Part shown: positions 32,840 through 45,534 of the stretch, piece by piece | How positions within the stretch are numbered: the first letter of the stretch is position 1 | How the letters are laid out: every line of letters starts with the position of its first letter | Assembly (NCBI RefSeq): GCF_009914755.1 | Contig: NC_060925.1 | Length of the DNA stretch: 64,000 nucleotides | Source of the DNA: the human T2T-CHM13v2.0 reference genome, Homo sapiens | Strand: one strand, 5' to 3' | Made by a program: the position numbers and the translations under genes | The notes under the pieces: generated by a model | Seen by the model: only the letters and a program-made list of their open reading frames with translations | What the model was told of the DNA's origin: nothing | The model's database searches: none

Positions 32840-32959
32840 ATATTGATGAATGTGAAAATACAGATGCCTGCCAGCATGAGTGTAAGAATACCTTTGGAAG
32901 TTATCAGTGCATCTGCCCACCTGGCTATCAACTCACACACAATGGAAAGACATGCCAAG
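32840..32959 (+). CDS. HMCN1: HMCN1 exon (~105), cbEGF
   Basis: aacAG|ATATTG ... CAAG|gtgaga; 120 nt; [40 protein letters not shown]. Confidence 0.96.
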
Positions 32960-35900
32960 GTGAGAAAACATTGGGATGTTTATTGTTGCAAACTTGACTA
33001 AAAACCAACAGAGAGTGTGAGAAGTTTTTTTTCAATAATCATTCTCCTAGTGGCTTCCCCTTCTTACCCATTCCCGTGGGTCAGAATTATGTTCAGACAT
33101 TGCTTTTGCAAGCAGGAGAAGCAATGGGAGAGGAAGCAAGCAAAGAAAATAGCTGAGAAACATTTTTGGTATGGTCTTACTAGAAGGAGCAAGAATGCCT
33201 AAGCCAGTTCATATTATATATTTTTAAAACTTAATGGGAATAGATCTCTTCAAACTTTTTTACAATTCCACTAAAATGGAAGTGAAAAATGAGAAGGTTA
33301 CTCAGTAAATTTACTTCAGTGTTAGATATTATTTTATATGTTGTCCCTCTTATTAAACTTATTTTTAAAGTGATCAGTTTGGTAGTCAATTAAATGATTC
33401 ATTCATTCGTTGAGTCTACATTGATGTGGAACAATTATGTGCTAGCATTGCAGGATTTAAACAGATAAATAAGATAGAGTCTTCCCCTTTAAGAGTTTAC
33501 AGTCTAGTGGAGACAGACATGTAAATAAAACAAACAAAATATAGCTCATTGGTTTTATAACAGAGTTTTGGGCAAGATATAGCAATGACAAAGAATAAAA
33601 CATCAATCTCAGTGGTTCCCTTTTTACACAAAAATGTGAAAGGAGCATTGTAATTTGGTAAAGTTGATTATATTGCAACATGTACTTATATTAAGGAGAA
33701 ATAAGAACTTGTATAGCTCCTAAAAATCTTCTAAGAAACCCTTGAATTTTGTAGACAAAATCTAGGAGTATTATGTGGGTCTTAATAAGCTTTTGAACTG
33801 TATTAATTTGTGTCATGGAAAATTATATCCTTTTGTAAAGTATAGCAAATAAAAGCTCCAAAAGAGTGCTTTATCAGCAGCAATCAAATTTAGATTGAAT
33901 TTTTTTCTCTTTATGGGATTCACAAAAGACTTGCTGCAATGCAGCTTATGGAAAATGGGTCCCAGGAGGCAAAACCAAGGTGGACAATGGCTTCACCCTA
34001 GTTACTGTGAACACTGCCACCTCATCCCACACCACCCTACCCCACCCATTTACTCATTCACACTCCCTGAGGGCCCCCACTGGGTCATGTGGGCCAGAGA
34101 TGAAACATGAAGTTGAGTAATAACTTTCGCTTTGGGCCATCAGTCACCAAATATTTCTTAAGAACCTACCCCATGCAGAGAGTTTTACTCAGATTTAAAG
34201 TACTGGAATAATTTATTTAATCATATTGTTACCTTTTTCCAAAGCAACTGTTATTTCACTTTAATCAGCAGTATAAATATGTCAAGGGCAATAATTTGCA
34301 CCCATTCTAATGGGCACCCATTAGATAATTTGTACCCATTCTAAAACTAATTATCAGAGTGATTATGTGAGCCTTAATGTCCTAGAATAATCAAGAGCAG
34401 AGGTAGGACTTGACCTCAGATCTATATGTCTAGAATAGTCCTTTGTCTCCTGGGATGCTGTGAGCACCAGGAGCATTGCACTGAGGCGGCAGGATGGGGT
34501 GAGGGCACTTTGTCCAGATATTACCACTTTTCCCCAGTTCTTCAACCCAAGAGTCTTCCTGAAGGAGTGGCGATGCCCACACTAAAACCACACCCCCTCC
34601 AGGTACCCCAGGCACCAAGGAAGGCAACAGGGCAGATACCGAAGCATTTGGAATAACCACTCAAAACGCACAACCCCTTAGCCAGATTTTATTCTCATTA
34701 GAGAATTTTTCTCCCTTTCTAAATTGTGCCAGTTTCTTTTTTTAATTGCCTTTGTCACTCACTTAGTTCAAAACGTTCTTCAGCTTTCAGTTGTGCTACA
34801 GAGAGTGGAAAATGACGTGGTCAAATCAGAAACAGGTGTCACTTGAAATGTCTGCAATTTAAATGGGTTACATATTTTTGTGGTTTTAAAAAGACTTGAG
34901 AGAAAACAATTATGCCTTTTTCTTTGCCCTGAAGAATAACTTGCATTCTTTTTATAGTTTTAGAAAGTGTTTGAGGCATTTATAAGGAACCAAAGACTGC
35001 TTTTTATTTGCATATGATTTTTTGAAAGATTTAGAAATTACTGATACAAACGTCAATAATAAAAGGGAAATTAAAGTGAATTTGACATTGAACAAGGACA
35101 GACACTCTAGTCAAAAGTGAAAGTCACTAGACTGCAAAATAAACAAAAAGCATGACCAATCAAGAATTGCCTAAGACACAGAGAGGAGAAACTAAAGGAC
35201 CCTTATGCTAATTTTATGCACCACTAATCTACTTCTAAAAATTTGGAAACATTCTATGAGCACTGCATTTAAAATAAGTGCTCTTATTCATCCGTGTTTT
35301 AAAAATGCAATGCATAATGTTTATCAAGAATCTAAATTACTTATATTTTCTATAAGACAGATGTTTCAAGTATGTTTATCCTAAATTTTTTAGTATTCAG
35401 AAGCACTAGGTTAAATACATTCATATGTTCTGAAGCTGTTAATATAAAAATTTTCAGCTCATTTTGGGATTCTTTTCTTGTAGCAATATTTATGTTACAA
35501 AATACTTTCATTTCAATCATAATATTCTTATATTTAATAGAAACCAGACATCACATCATCCATGAACAGAAGACAACACAATTTCTATTTCTTTTTCTGT
35601 CTTCTTTTTTTTAAGAATAGTGAGTAGAGTAAATAAGTAGAGTGACTGGATTCCTAGAGAGAATGCTTCACCCTGAGGAGAGGGTAATAGACCAGAGACA
35701 GAAGAGGGCCACCTGCCCAGCACCTCAGTACTTAGGAAAGCTTTTTAATAGAAAGTGTATATTTCTATATTAGATTCTGATATTTCTTTATAGATTCATA
35801 TTTACCCAATGAAAATATATCATAAGGTAACTACTAAATAACAACTTACTATGCACACTGATGTGCGTCCACCTTCTAGTCTCCACACCACTATCATGGA

Positions 35901-36954
35901 CCCCTGCAGCCCACTGGCTTCATGTTTCTGCAAGAGTTCATGATGAAAATAAGATAAAATGTGGACAATGAATATGAAGAGAAATTTTTTTAATGCGAGA
36001 AGGAAGATAAGGCTAATTGAATTTCACATTTTTCTAGAAGGCTTTTCAAGTCACTGAGACAATCTTATTTTGTCAAGGAGATTAAGCCCTCCTGGCTGAT
36101 AAAATCATAATTAGAAATTTTTTCACAGAGGCAGTAGGCAAGACTTCACTGAAAAAGTTTGTCCACATTGTGTTTCATTCCTGTAGGAAAGCTAATCCTA
36201 GTATAATACTAGTAATAGCATATACATCATTGTCAGCACATATAACTAACTAAAAAGTTATTTACTCCGTATCATTCTAACCCAGTATCTTTTTACTTTG
36301 TGGAGACTGTTATTGTTTTAAATAAATACTTACATTGTCTGTGGTTTCCTTAGAAGATGTTTGGAGCCAAATCTAAAATGCTTACTTTTGTATCAAGTCC
36401 CAATATAAATACCATTATCCAACTACCAAATTATGTACTACTGTACAATGACATCGTAGTAACACTGTTCTCAGCACAGCTTCCATGATAGAAGTGCATT
36501 TGACCGTCAGGACCCACCTGTGGAGAACCAATTTACTCCATTTAATTGTCATTTTTCCCTCTTGTATCTCAGGACCAATGCTATATGCAGCCAATTGACT
36601 TAGACTTTGAAAACCTTATACTTTACTCATACTTTAAAAAATTAACCACTAAAGTTTCTTATAAGTTTAAATAGTTGCAAAGGATGTGAATTATGGCGTT
36701 GTTATACAGATTGTTATGTTAATGTGCTCAAGCTTTAAATATATTTTCATGAAAACTTCAGAGCTTCAGATTTAACTCTCTCGGTTAAGGGAGGATGGCC
36801 ACTATATAATTTGAAAGTCTGTATTCGTTGTCAAATTAATCAGATTTACCGTCAGAAAAAGTCTAAGGTGATTTTTCTGTTCAAACAAAAATGTTAGTAG
36901 GTGTCCCCATGACAACCAACCCACTTCTGAAATCTAATTTAAAATAGAGAGCTA

Positions 36955-37221
<267 letters not shown>

Positions 37222-37664
37222 CTAAGACCATTGGTTTGTGGCCATGATAAAATAAGGCCTGCCAGCCACCTCTATCAGTCTTTATTACCAATATTCTTAT
37301 TCTCTGTTTATCCTCTGAGATTAGTTGCAATCTGTTTTTGTAAATCAGAAGGTTGGAAACAGGGAGATGGGAATAGAGACCTCCAGGCCATGAGATGTTC
37401 TCAGGCAAATTGACTTTAGAGAGGAGAATTATGGAAAATGAGATTATGGGAATTGATTCCCTGAAATATTTGCCTGCATTCATACTGCTAGAAAACATTC
37501 GTGTATCACCAGGGGAACGAGGATGCCCCAGTATGAAAACCATTGCTCTAAAATACCATTCTTACATTTGGGATCTTAAAATTCCTTAAGAGTTGTATTG
37601 AACTCCATGGACCCTCTTTCTTGAAAATCCAACCATCAATCAATCTCACATTCTCTGTCTCTGT

Positions 37665-37666
<2 letters not shown>

Positions 37667-37700
<34 letters not shown>
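37667..37700. repeat. (CA)17 microsatellite
   Basis: Read directly. Confidence 0.95.
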
Positions 37701-37704
<4 letters not shown>

Positions 37705-38547
37705 TGCAAACATTTTCATTCACAGATCCCCTGATGCCCAAAAATAAACCCCAAATTAAAGTGGTGGCTCAAAAACACTTTCAGGAAGCACTTAAGTGTG
37801 TTTCTACTTAACTTAGTGTAGAAAACAACAAAATAAAGAGTATTTCTTTTGCGTATTTTCCCCATACCATTAGCCTAAGGAGAGCATCCCACTACCATAA
37901 CAACAGAGGATAGACTCAACACAGTCCAGATCAAGGTGAACTGCTCCATTCGATCAGCTTACATTGTAGTGCCTGGGCCACTCATTTGATCCTGCTTTGT
38001 TTGTCTCTCTCAAGATCTGACTAGCCTGTACCATCTCTCCTGAATTTATAACTTGACTCCTTTCATATCTAAGACCCTATTTTCCACTCAACAATTTGAC
38101 ATTATAAAACAAAACACTCAGCAAGGATCACTCACATTTTAAGGAGATTCTTCACTTTGCAAAAAATATTCACAAATGTCCTTTAAATTTTTGGCTTGTT
38201 CATAGTGCATTTAAAATATTTCTTGCTTTATAAAACTCAAATGCAAGGTATTCCCCAAATATAAAAAGCACCAGAGAGCTCTTAATATCTCCCCATCACT
38301 TTTATAGCTCTCATTTTTTTTATGTCCTTTCACATAAAGAAATATGTGCTCGAGGCAACCTGGGAAATAACCCTGCCAGGTGTCATGATCCCCATTTTGT
38401 GGTTAAAGAAGGTTAGGTATGACTAAGTTCATTCATGGCAGGAGAAGGCTAGCCCTCCACATTCTAGTCACACATCTACAGTGCCTGCTCTGATGGCCTT
38501 CTCTCACCCTCACTGCTGATGCTGCATGTTCCCTGTGCTGTCCCTAG

Positions 38548-38674
38548 ATATCGATGAATGTCTGGAGCAGAATGTGCACTGTGGACCCAATCGCATGTGC
38601 TTCAACATGAGAGGAAGCTACCAGTGCATCGATACACCCTGTCCACCCAACTACCAACGGGATCCTGTTTCAGG
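38548..38674 (+). CDS. HMCN1: HMCN1 exon (~106), cbEGF-like
   Basis: cctAG|ATATCG ... TCAGG|gtatgt; 127 nt, phase 1-2; [42 protein letters not shown]. Confidence 0.96.
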
Positions 38675-40176
38675 GTATGTCTTGCCTTCTCATCCCAGAC
38701 ATGCTTTTGAAAATCCTTCCTCCCACTCCTTGACCAACATAAACTTTAGTCTCTTGTCATGTGTAACTCACAGGAAGTCACTAACTCCAGGAAGATGTGG
38801 GGTTACAGTAAGTATTCTCTTCAATGAATGGGCAAGAAATGAGCTCATCCTGCAGCAGCCACTGCCACCCAAGCTCACTCTTGGCTGCCAGTGTTGCCTG
38901 GAGCAGTCTTCCCAGAATATAACATGTAACATGGTGGGTTCTGCCTCAGCAGCAAGTGTTTGATGGAGTGATAGAGCCTGCCTTTCTTTAAAGTTTTTCA
39001 TTTCTGTTGTGTTGCCTCAGGGTGGTAAGGGCTCTGCACACTTAGAGCCCACCATGAAGCATCTTTTCTGTTGCTTCACTGACTCACCGCTCCTTGAGAA
39101 CGGAGATGAGTGAGGAATGAGTCAGTTGTCTGCCCGTTCATACATCATCTTGCTTATATTTCCTTCTGTCTGAAACAGGCTTTTCTGCATTCTGAATAAA
39201 CTACCATTCTGTTTTCTCTCTCCCCTTCCAGAAATGTTGTACTCTATCCAGGTACCAAGTTAACAGGGTGATTGAAAACAAGTGATAATATTCCTCTTGG
39301 ATAGGCCCTGCTAATAGGAAGGTGTTTCTGAAACCAAATACTGGCTGGAGCTCACTTTGTTTTCCTCTTGGTAATGCTTACCAAGTTACTGCAGCATAGT
39401 CAAGTGTGGACTGCCCAGAATCCACCAAAAACCTATCTGCAATTGGTCTGATGGGACATGGAATAGGAAGGAGAAAATTGAAAATACAGACTTAACAAAA
39501 CCTCTAAAAATACTATTACTGAAGAATCCTATCTTCATAAAATGGTTCTCTGTGCATTTTTTCCCTTCTTTATTACCATCGGTTTCTGGCAAACAATTTA
39601 AAAGTCATCATGACTCAAAAAGCAGTCAGTGTGCACTCTGGTAAAAGAAAATAAAGCTTTTTAATCTACAATAATGTGAACGACAATTACAAAAGAAGTA
39701 CCCCTTTCTCACCAGAAATCCTAATTGACCTTTTATTATTTTTAGAAAAAATGTCAATATATTTTGTTTCACCTTTTAAACAGTGTTAGGATACTATATA
39801 ATTAAAAAGTAGCTTGTATTCCTCTTTAAGAAGTACTTGTTTCCAATATATATGCAGAAGCTCTTGTTTCCAAAACTGACTTTTCATTTTAAAGAAAATA
39901 CTCTTGTGGCATTCATACTTACTTCAATGGCTCAGACACTTCTGCTTTTAATGGAGCTGCAAGATACGTATTTGACTTCACACCAGCATCTTCTCCTAGT
40001 CATCTGGTGTCTGGTTTGAGTTAGTGACACAGAAGACGACTGAGTCTTACCGCTTTTACAGCCAGGCTGCCTACTGCATGCAGTGCCTAAAAGTTGTCAT
40101 GGATCATGATCACCTATATCATGCCTCCTCCTACTTCCAGATAACTATGTGTATTTGATATGTTTGTTGTCCTTAG

Positions 40177-40543
40177 GTTCTGCCTCAAGAACTGTCCACC
40201 CAATGATTTGGAATGTGCCTTGAGCCCATATGCCTTGGAATACAAACTCGTCTCCCTCCCATTTGGAATAGCCACCAATCAAGATTTAATCCGGCTGGTT
40301 GCATACACACAGGATGGAGTGATGCATCCCAGGACAACTTTCCTCATGGTAGATGAGGAACAGACTGTTCCTTTTGCCTTGAGGGATGAAAACCTGAAAG
40401 GAGTGGTGTATACAACACGACCACTACGAGAAGCAGAGACCTACCGCATGAGGGTCCGAGCCTCATCCTACAGTGCCAATGGGACCATTGAATATCAGAC
40501 CACATTCATAGTTTATATAGCTGTGTCCGCCTATCCATACTAA
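40177..40543 (+). CDS. HMCN1: HMCN1 last exon (~107), coding part: fibulin-type C-terminal domain
   Basis: cttAG|GTTCTGC; FCLKNCPPNDLECALSPYALEYKLVSLPFG...YIAVSAYPY; TAA at 40541-40543. Confidence 0.97.
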
Positions 40544-40649
40544 GGAACTCTCCAAAGCCTATTCCACATATTTAAACCGCATTAATCATGGCAATCAAGC
40601 CCCCTTCCAGATTACTGTCTCTTGAACAGTTGCAATCTTGGCAGCTTGA

Positions 40650-40660
40650 AAATGGTGCTA
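40650..40660 (+). promoter_or_regulatory. miR-29 8mer site (AAATGGTGCTA) in 3'UTR
   Basis: Complement of miR-29b/c nt 1-11 (UAGCACCAUUU). Confidence 0.7.
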
Positions 40661-41115
40661 CACTCTGTTTTGTGTGCCTTCCTTGGTACTTCTGAGGTAT
40701 TTTCATGATCCCACCATGGTCATATCTTGAAGTATGGTCTAGAAAAGTCCCTTATTATTTTATTTATTACACTGGAGCAGTTACTTCCCAAAGATTATTC
40801 TGAACATCTAACAGGACATATCAGTGATGGTTTACAGTAGTGTAGTACCTAAGATCATTTTCCTGAAAGCCAAACCAAACAACGAAAAACAAGAACAACT
40901 AATTCAGAATCAAATAGAGTTTTTGAGCATTTGACTATTTTTAGAATCATAAAATTAGTTACTAAGTATTTTGATCAAAGCTTATAAAATAACTTACGGA
41001 GATTTTTGTAAGTATTGATACATTATAATAGGACTTGCCTATTTTCATTTTTAAGAAGAAAAACACCACTCATTTTATAAAATATAGTACAGCTACTATA
41101 AGGCTTGTTTGATCC

Positions 41116-41126
41116 CAAATGGTGCT
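41116..41126 (+). promoter_or_regulatory. Second miR-29 site (CAAATGGTGCT, 7mer-m8 with extension)
   Basis: Complement of miR-29b/c nt 2-12. Confidence 0.65.
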
Positions 41127-41586
41127 TATCTTGATTGAACATTCAGAACAAGGATATTATTTTCAGTGATTTTGTGAGATCAGCTGAACCACTTATGATA
41201 ATAATAATAAAAAAGACTGCTTTGCCCTCACGTCAGTTGTACATGGCATGGAACTTTAAAAATTTTAATATAAACTTTCATCCAGTTAGCTTCATAACTT
41301 TTACGTTCCAGAATTTTGTTTATTTTCCTGTCAATGAAAGCAATTTTTAAAGATACCAGTGGGACAGGTTTGGTTTTTTAAAAATCTCATGTGTTCAAAT
41401 TAACATAAATATTACACGTCAATACACTGTACATGGTGGTAATAGACTCTAAGCAATTGCCAAGATGTATTCTATTTTTATGAAGTGTATATATATTACC
41501 TTAGTGTGCATTTTCTATATAATATCTTGATGGACTCTTTTATAAAATTATTTTATAAAAAACAATGTTACACTAAAATCAGCCTA

Positions 41587-41592
41587 AATAAA
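41587..41592 (+). terminator. Polyadenylation signal AATAAA of HMCN1
   Basis: Canonical hexamer ~1.05 kb after the stop, followed by a U-rich tract and a CA dinucleotide near 41610. Confidence 0.8.
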
Positions 41593-43019
41593 TTTTCACA
41601 ACTTTTTTTCATAACCTTTTGAAGAACCTAAAATTCGTTTCCTTGCAGCTAAAACAGGGATTAAATTTAAAGTCGTACACGTAAACAGACACACAATCAT
41701 GAGACCCCTTGAGAGAGAGGTAGTATTACTCACATTGTATAGGTCAGGATCCTAGGACAGAGGTAACTTATGTAACTTCCTTAAGACAGGACAGCTAGTG
41801 AGTGGCAGAAATGTCATACCTTCCCTGTCATGACTCCCACTGCATGAGTTTTTTCATCTACCTAAACAGCATTTTTTATATCTTATCTCAAGTGAATTCA
41901 TCTTGTGTGATATTAAACTAGTGAAGGCCTAATTGTGACCTATGATTGAAGGATTTTTAACCTAGAAACACGTTATTCAAAGAAACCTGGAAAAAAATAT
42001 CCACTCCATAGTCCAGCTGTCAGGCAAGTGATTGACTAAATCAGTGTTTACCAAAGACTGTTCTACAGAATACTAGTCTAGTACAGGTGTTTTTAGTCAC
42101 AAGCATTCTATGATCAAACAAGTTTGAAAAATACTACATAACATATCCTCCTATTAAAGATTATCTATCGACACTAACAAAGAAACTTTTAGAAGTTCCG
42201 CAGTGAACAGGATGAATTTATTCAAGCCAACATTTTCTGAAAGATTTAATCCCAAATCTTTTTTCCCTAATACATTATCTCACTGAACACTTGGGGAAAT
42301 GCTGATGTAATACAGTCAAGACGTCTGCTTCATGCCTAAATCCTTAGAAAGGACATTTTTATAACTAAGTACTTTGGTAAACAACTCCAACACCTGACCC
42401 TGATCATTGAGCTTCTTTCTAAAATTAAACCACATTAGTTTTGCTCATTTCCTCTGTGCAATATTCTACAAGCATAGAAATTGACAGGACAGTGACCAGA
42501 CACGAGCTACTGCATAGTCATTAGTAGGAACAAACTTCTGGTTACTACAGTATTTGATTTGGAAATTCCTATTTGGGGAGCCAGAAGATCCAGCCAGAGT
42601 CTTGACTTTAACCAAGTACTTCTGACAACATTTCCTTGAAATTTATCTTAAGCATGCCAGTGGTTGAGCAGAGGTAGGCAATGAGATCAATCACCAACCC
42701 TGAAAGTTCCCTTAGGATACACGGCAGGGTGGGGAAACCCTCCTTCATGACATCTAGCAGAGCTGCGAGGAGCAAACCTTCATCTTGTATATTGCTATGA
42801 CAGTCCTCTGAGCCTGCAAATTCCACAGATACACTAGATAGGATGACTAGCAGAAAGGGGAAGGTCTCCAAAGGAAGGAAACCAAGAGAGCAAATGAGAG
42901 ATCTAATGGGTAATCTTTGACTCACATACATTCAATCCCTTATACGCCAAATGAAGTCTACCTACAGTATAATTACTTAATCCGATATTAACCTAAACAG
43001 AAGTGTGATCTACACCAAC

Positions 43020-43220
43020 AGTCAACATACTTTTTTCTATGAAGATACAGACAGTAAATATCTTAGGCCCTTTAAGCCATGTGGTCTCTGTGGCTACTAC
43101 TCAAGTCTGCTGTTTAGCATGAGAGCAGCCGTGGATGGCACATAAACATGTGCTCCAGTAACACTTTATTTACAAAATCTGGCTGGATTTAGCCTGCAGG
43201 TCATAGTTTACCTCTGATCT
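43020..43220. mobile_element. MER58A-like hAT-Charlie MITE
   Basis: acagtaaatat.ttaggc...gtggtctctgtggctactactcaa...actttatttacaaaa...gctggattt..cctgcaggtcatagttt pattern. Confidence 0.75.
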
Positions 43221-43659
43221 ACAAACTGGGTATAAATCTTTTTATCATTCACAACAGCCCAATCTGAGCTCAGAGCACACATGATAGTCAAGGCTCTGAC
43301 CAGTTTTGTAGTAGGCTGCTGGCCTCAGCACGTGCAAGCCTTCCACATCTCTAAAACCTGTTCTCAAGCTTTACATTAACCCAGCTGCAGACTTAGCTGT
43401 TAGGCTGGCAGTCATATCCAAGCCCCACTCTCCCTTCATAAATGCACACATGCACACAGGAGCATGCTTTGCAGGGTAGGATAACAGCACATTTACCAGA
43501 ACTTACCATTTCACATTTCAGTTCATCTGAGTGAGTCAGGTAGGCCAAAGATTGACACTCCTAAAATACAGACCCATTTGTCCGGCTGGTTACCTGACAT
43601 TTTCACTTGGCTCCTTAACTAACTCACTCAGACTTACACATCCAGCATATGGTTGATCC

Positions 43660-44160
43660 AAACCCCAACCACATATCTCCTGCTCTCTAGCAGCTGTCTA
43701 GTTGCAGTGGGCATGTGACTCCATTCTGTCCAATAAGATGTAAGCAGAAATCGCTTTAAAAGGGGTAGTCTTTGTGGCATACCAGTTTGGCCTGTGTTTT
43801 TCAATCTTTCCATACTCAGAATGTGGACAGAGATTTGCCAAGCATCTTGCAACAATGGGGCAACCACCCTGAGGATGAGAAGGGAGGAAGGGAGGGAGGG
43901 AGGGAGGGGAGGAGGAGGGGAGGGAGAAGGGAAGGAGGAAGGGAGGGAGGGAGGGGAGGTAGAGGGGAGGGAGAAGGGAAGGAGAAAGGAGGGGGAGGGG
44001 AGAGGATGGGGGAGGGGGTGCTGAAACCTTTTATATGACTTTGTTGAACCACTCTGCAGCACTGGAATAACTACCCCAGGACTTGTAATCGTTTGAGTCT
44101 AAAATCTCCTTACTTAAACAATTATTTGTTGGACTGTCTCTATTTACAGCTGAATACCTG
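43660..44160 (+). mobile_element. Old MLT1 (MaLR LTR) relic interrupted by a purine tract
   Basis: catgtgactccattctgtccaataagatgtaagcagaa motif. Confidence 0.55.
43873..44019. repeat. G/A-rich low-complexity tract, (GGAG/GGGA)n
   Basis: ~145 nt of almost pure purine. Confidence 0.95.
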
Positions 44161-44897
44161 AATGCCTACCGAATGATCCTCCAAACCTTTTCCTACCCTA
44201 GTCTTTCCTAACTATATTAATTGTACTACCATTCATCTAATCACCCCAACTGAAGCCCTGGGATTCACTAACTTCTCACCACCTAAAATGTACACATTCA
44301 GTCCATCAAAATAGAAGTCTCCGTCTCCCCTGCTACCATCCTAGGCATACCATTGTCACATGATGCACTCCTACCCAAGTTCCTCCGCCACTCCTGCTCT
44401 GCTGTACTCCATTTTCTACAAGACTGGTCTTTTAAAAACACCTATCAGATCACATCACTCCATCAATAACTCTCCATTCTTCTTTCCTTTTATAACCTAA
44501 ATGTGTTAGATGATCTAGTTTCTCCCTACTATGTCAGCTTAGGTAAGCTGGAACTACATTTCCTGTCTCTGAAAGTTTCAGAGCATAGGCCACATGAGAC
44601 ATGTAGCATGAGATTTGAAAAGTATAAGTGAAGCTGCAGCCACATTGCTTTTACACTTGGAAAGTCACTGCAGGGGTACCAGGTACTGTTGCAAGTCATG
44701 GACCCCATCATTATCTGCTAGCTCCTCTCGGTGGATCAGGACAATGGTGGCCCCACAGCCATTCTACTTCCCACTGGATCCTTCATCTTCTACAATCCCT
44801 GAGCTAGATGTGTGTCTACACCTGTAACAAAGAACCCCAGCTTTTCCTGCATGAGACCTACATCATTGAAGTTGGAAAATTAAAGATGGTGAAAGAT

Positions 44898-45245
44898 TGC
44901 TATGGACAGAATTGTCTCCCCCAGATGTATACGTAGAAGACCTAACCCTCAATGTGACTGTATTTGGAGATAAGGCCTAAGGAGTAACTAAGGTTAAATG
45001 AGGTCATAAGGGTGGGTAGGATTAGTGCCCTTATAAGAAGAGACACCAGAGATCTCTCTCTCTCATGTGATGACACAGTGAAAAGGCAGCCACCTGCAAG
45101 CCAGAAAGAGTGCTCACCAGAAACCAAACCCTGCCAGACCTTGACTTGGGCTTCCCAGCCTCCAGACCTGTAAGAAAATACATTTCTGCTGCATAAGCTG
45201 CGCAGTCACTTGTACTTTGTGATGGCAGCTGAGCTGACTCATACA
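44898..45245 (+). mobile_element. MLT1A-like MaLR solo LTR
   Basis: tgctatggac...aatgtgactgtatttggagata...ttcccagcctccaga...gactcataca. Confidence 0.85.
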
Positions 45246-45487
45246 GAGACCAGCACAGGTTCTAGTCCATCATGGGTTCTATCCATGTTTGTGGGTTTCA
45301 GTTCCTCTCATGGATTATTTTAGTGAAAATGGAGAGCACAATAGGGTTGCCTGCTTGCTTCTAAGTGCACTGAAGAAAGAAAATAATGAGCTCAGGGCTT
45401 TATTCCCAACACAAAAGGGAAATGAAGTAGAATGGTGACCCAAAAGAAATCTTTATCTCTTATAACTGCAGGGCTAAGGTTTCCAAA

Positions 45488-45489
45488 CA

Positions 45490-45528
<39 letters not shown>
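45488..45528. repeat. (CA)n microsatellite, one interruption
   Basis: Read directly. Confidence 0.93.

Positions 45529-45534
<6 letters not shown>

Larger units (their letters stand above)
40544..41612 (+). other. HMCN1: HMCN1 3'UTR (end approximate)
   Basis: AT-rich, repeat-free sequence from the stop codon to ~20 nt past AATAAA. Confidence 0.8.

Noticed and set aside
38526-38963. ORF-track extensions beyond exon borders (also 1752, 29033, 40160)
   Set aside because: Intronic read-through around true exons; splice sites define the real limits.
43634-44062. Pro/Ser-rich and Gly/Glu/Arg-rich ORFs
   Set aside because: Artefacts of the purine low-complexity tract, which lacks stop codons.
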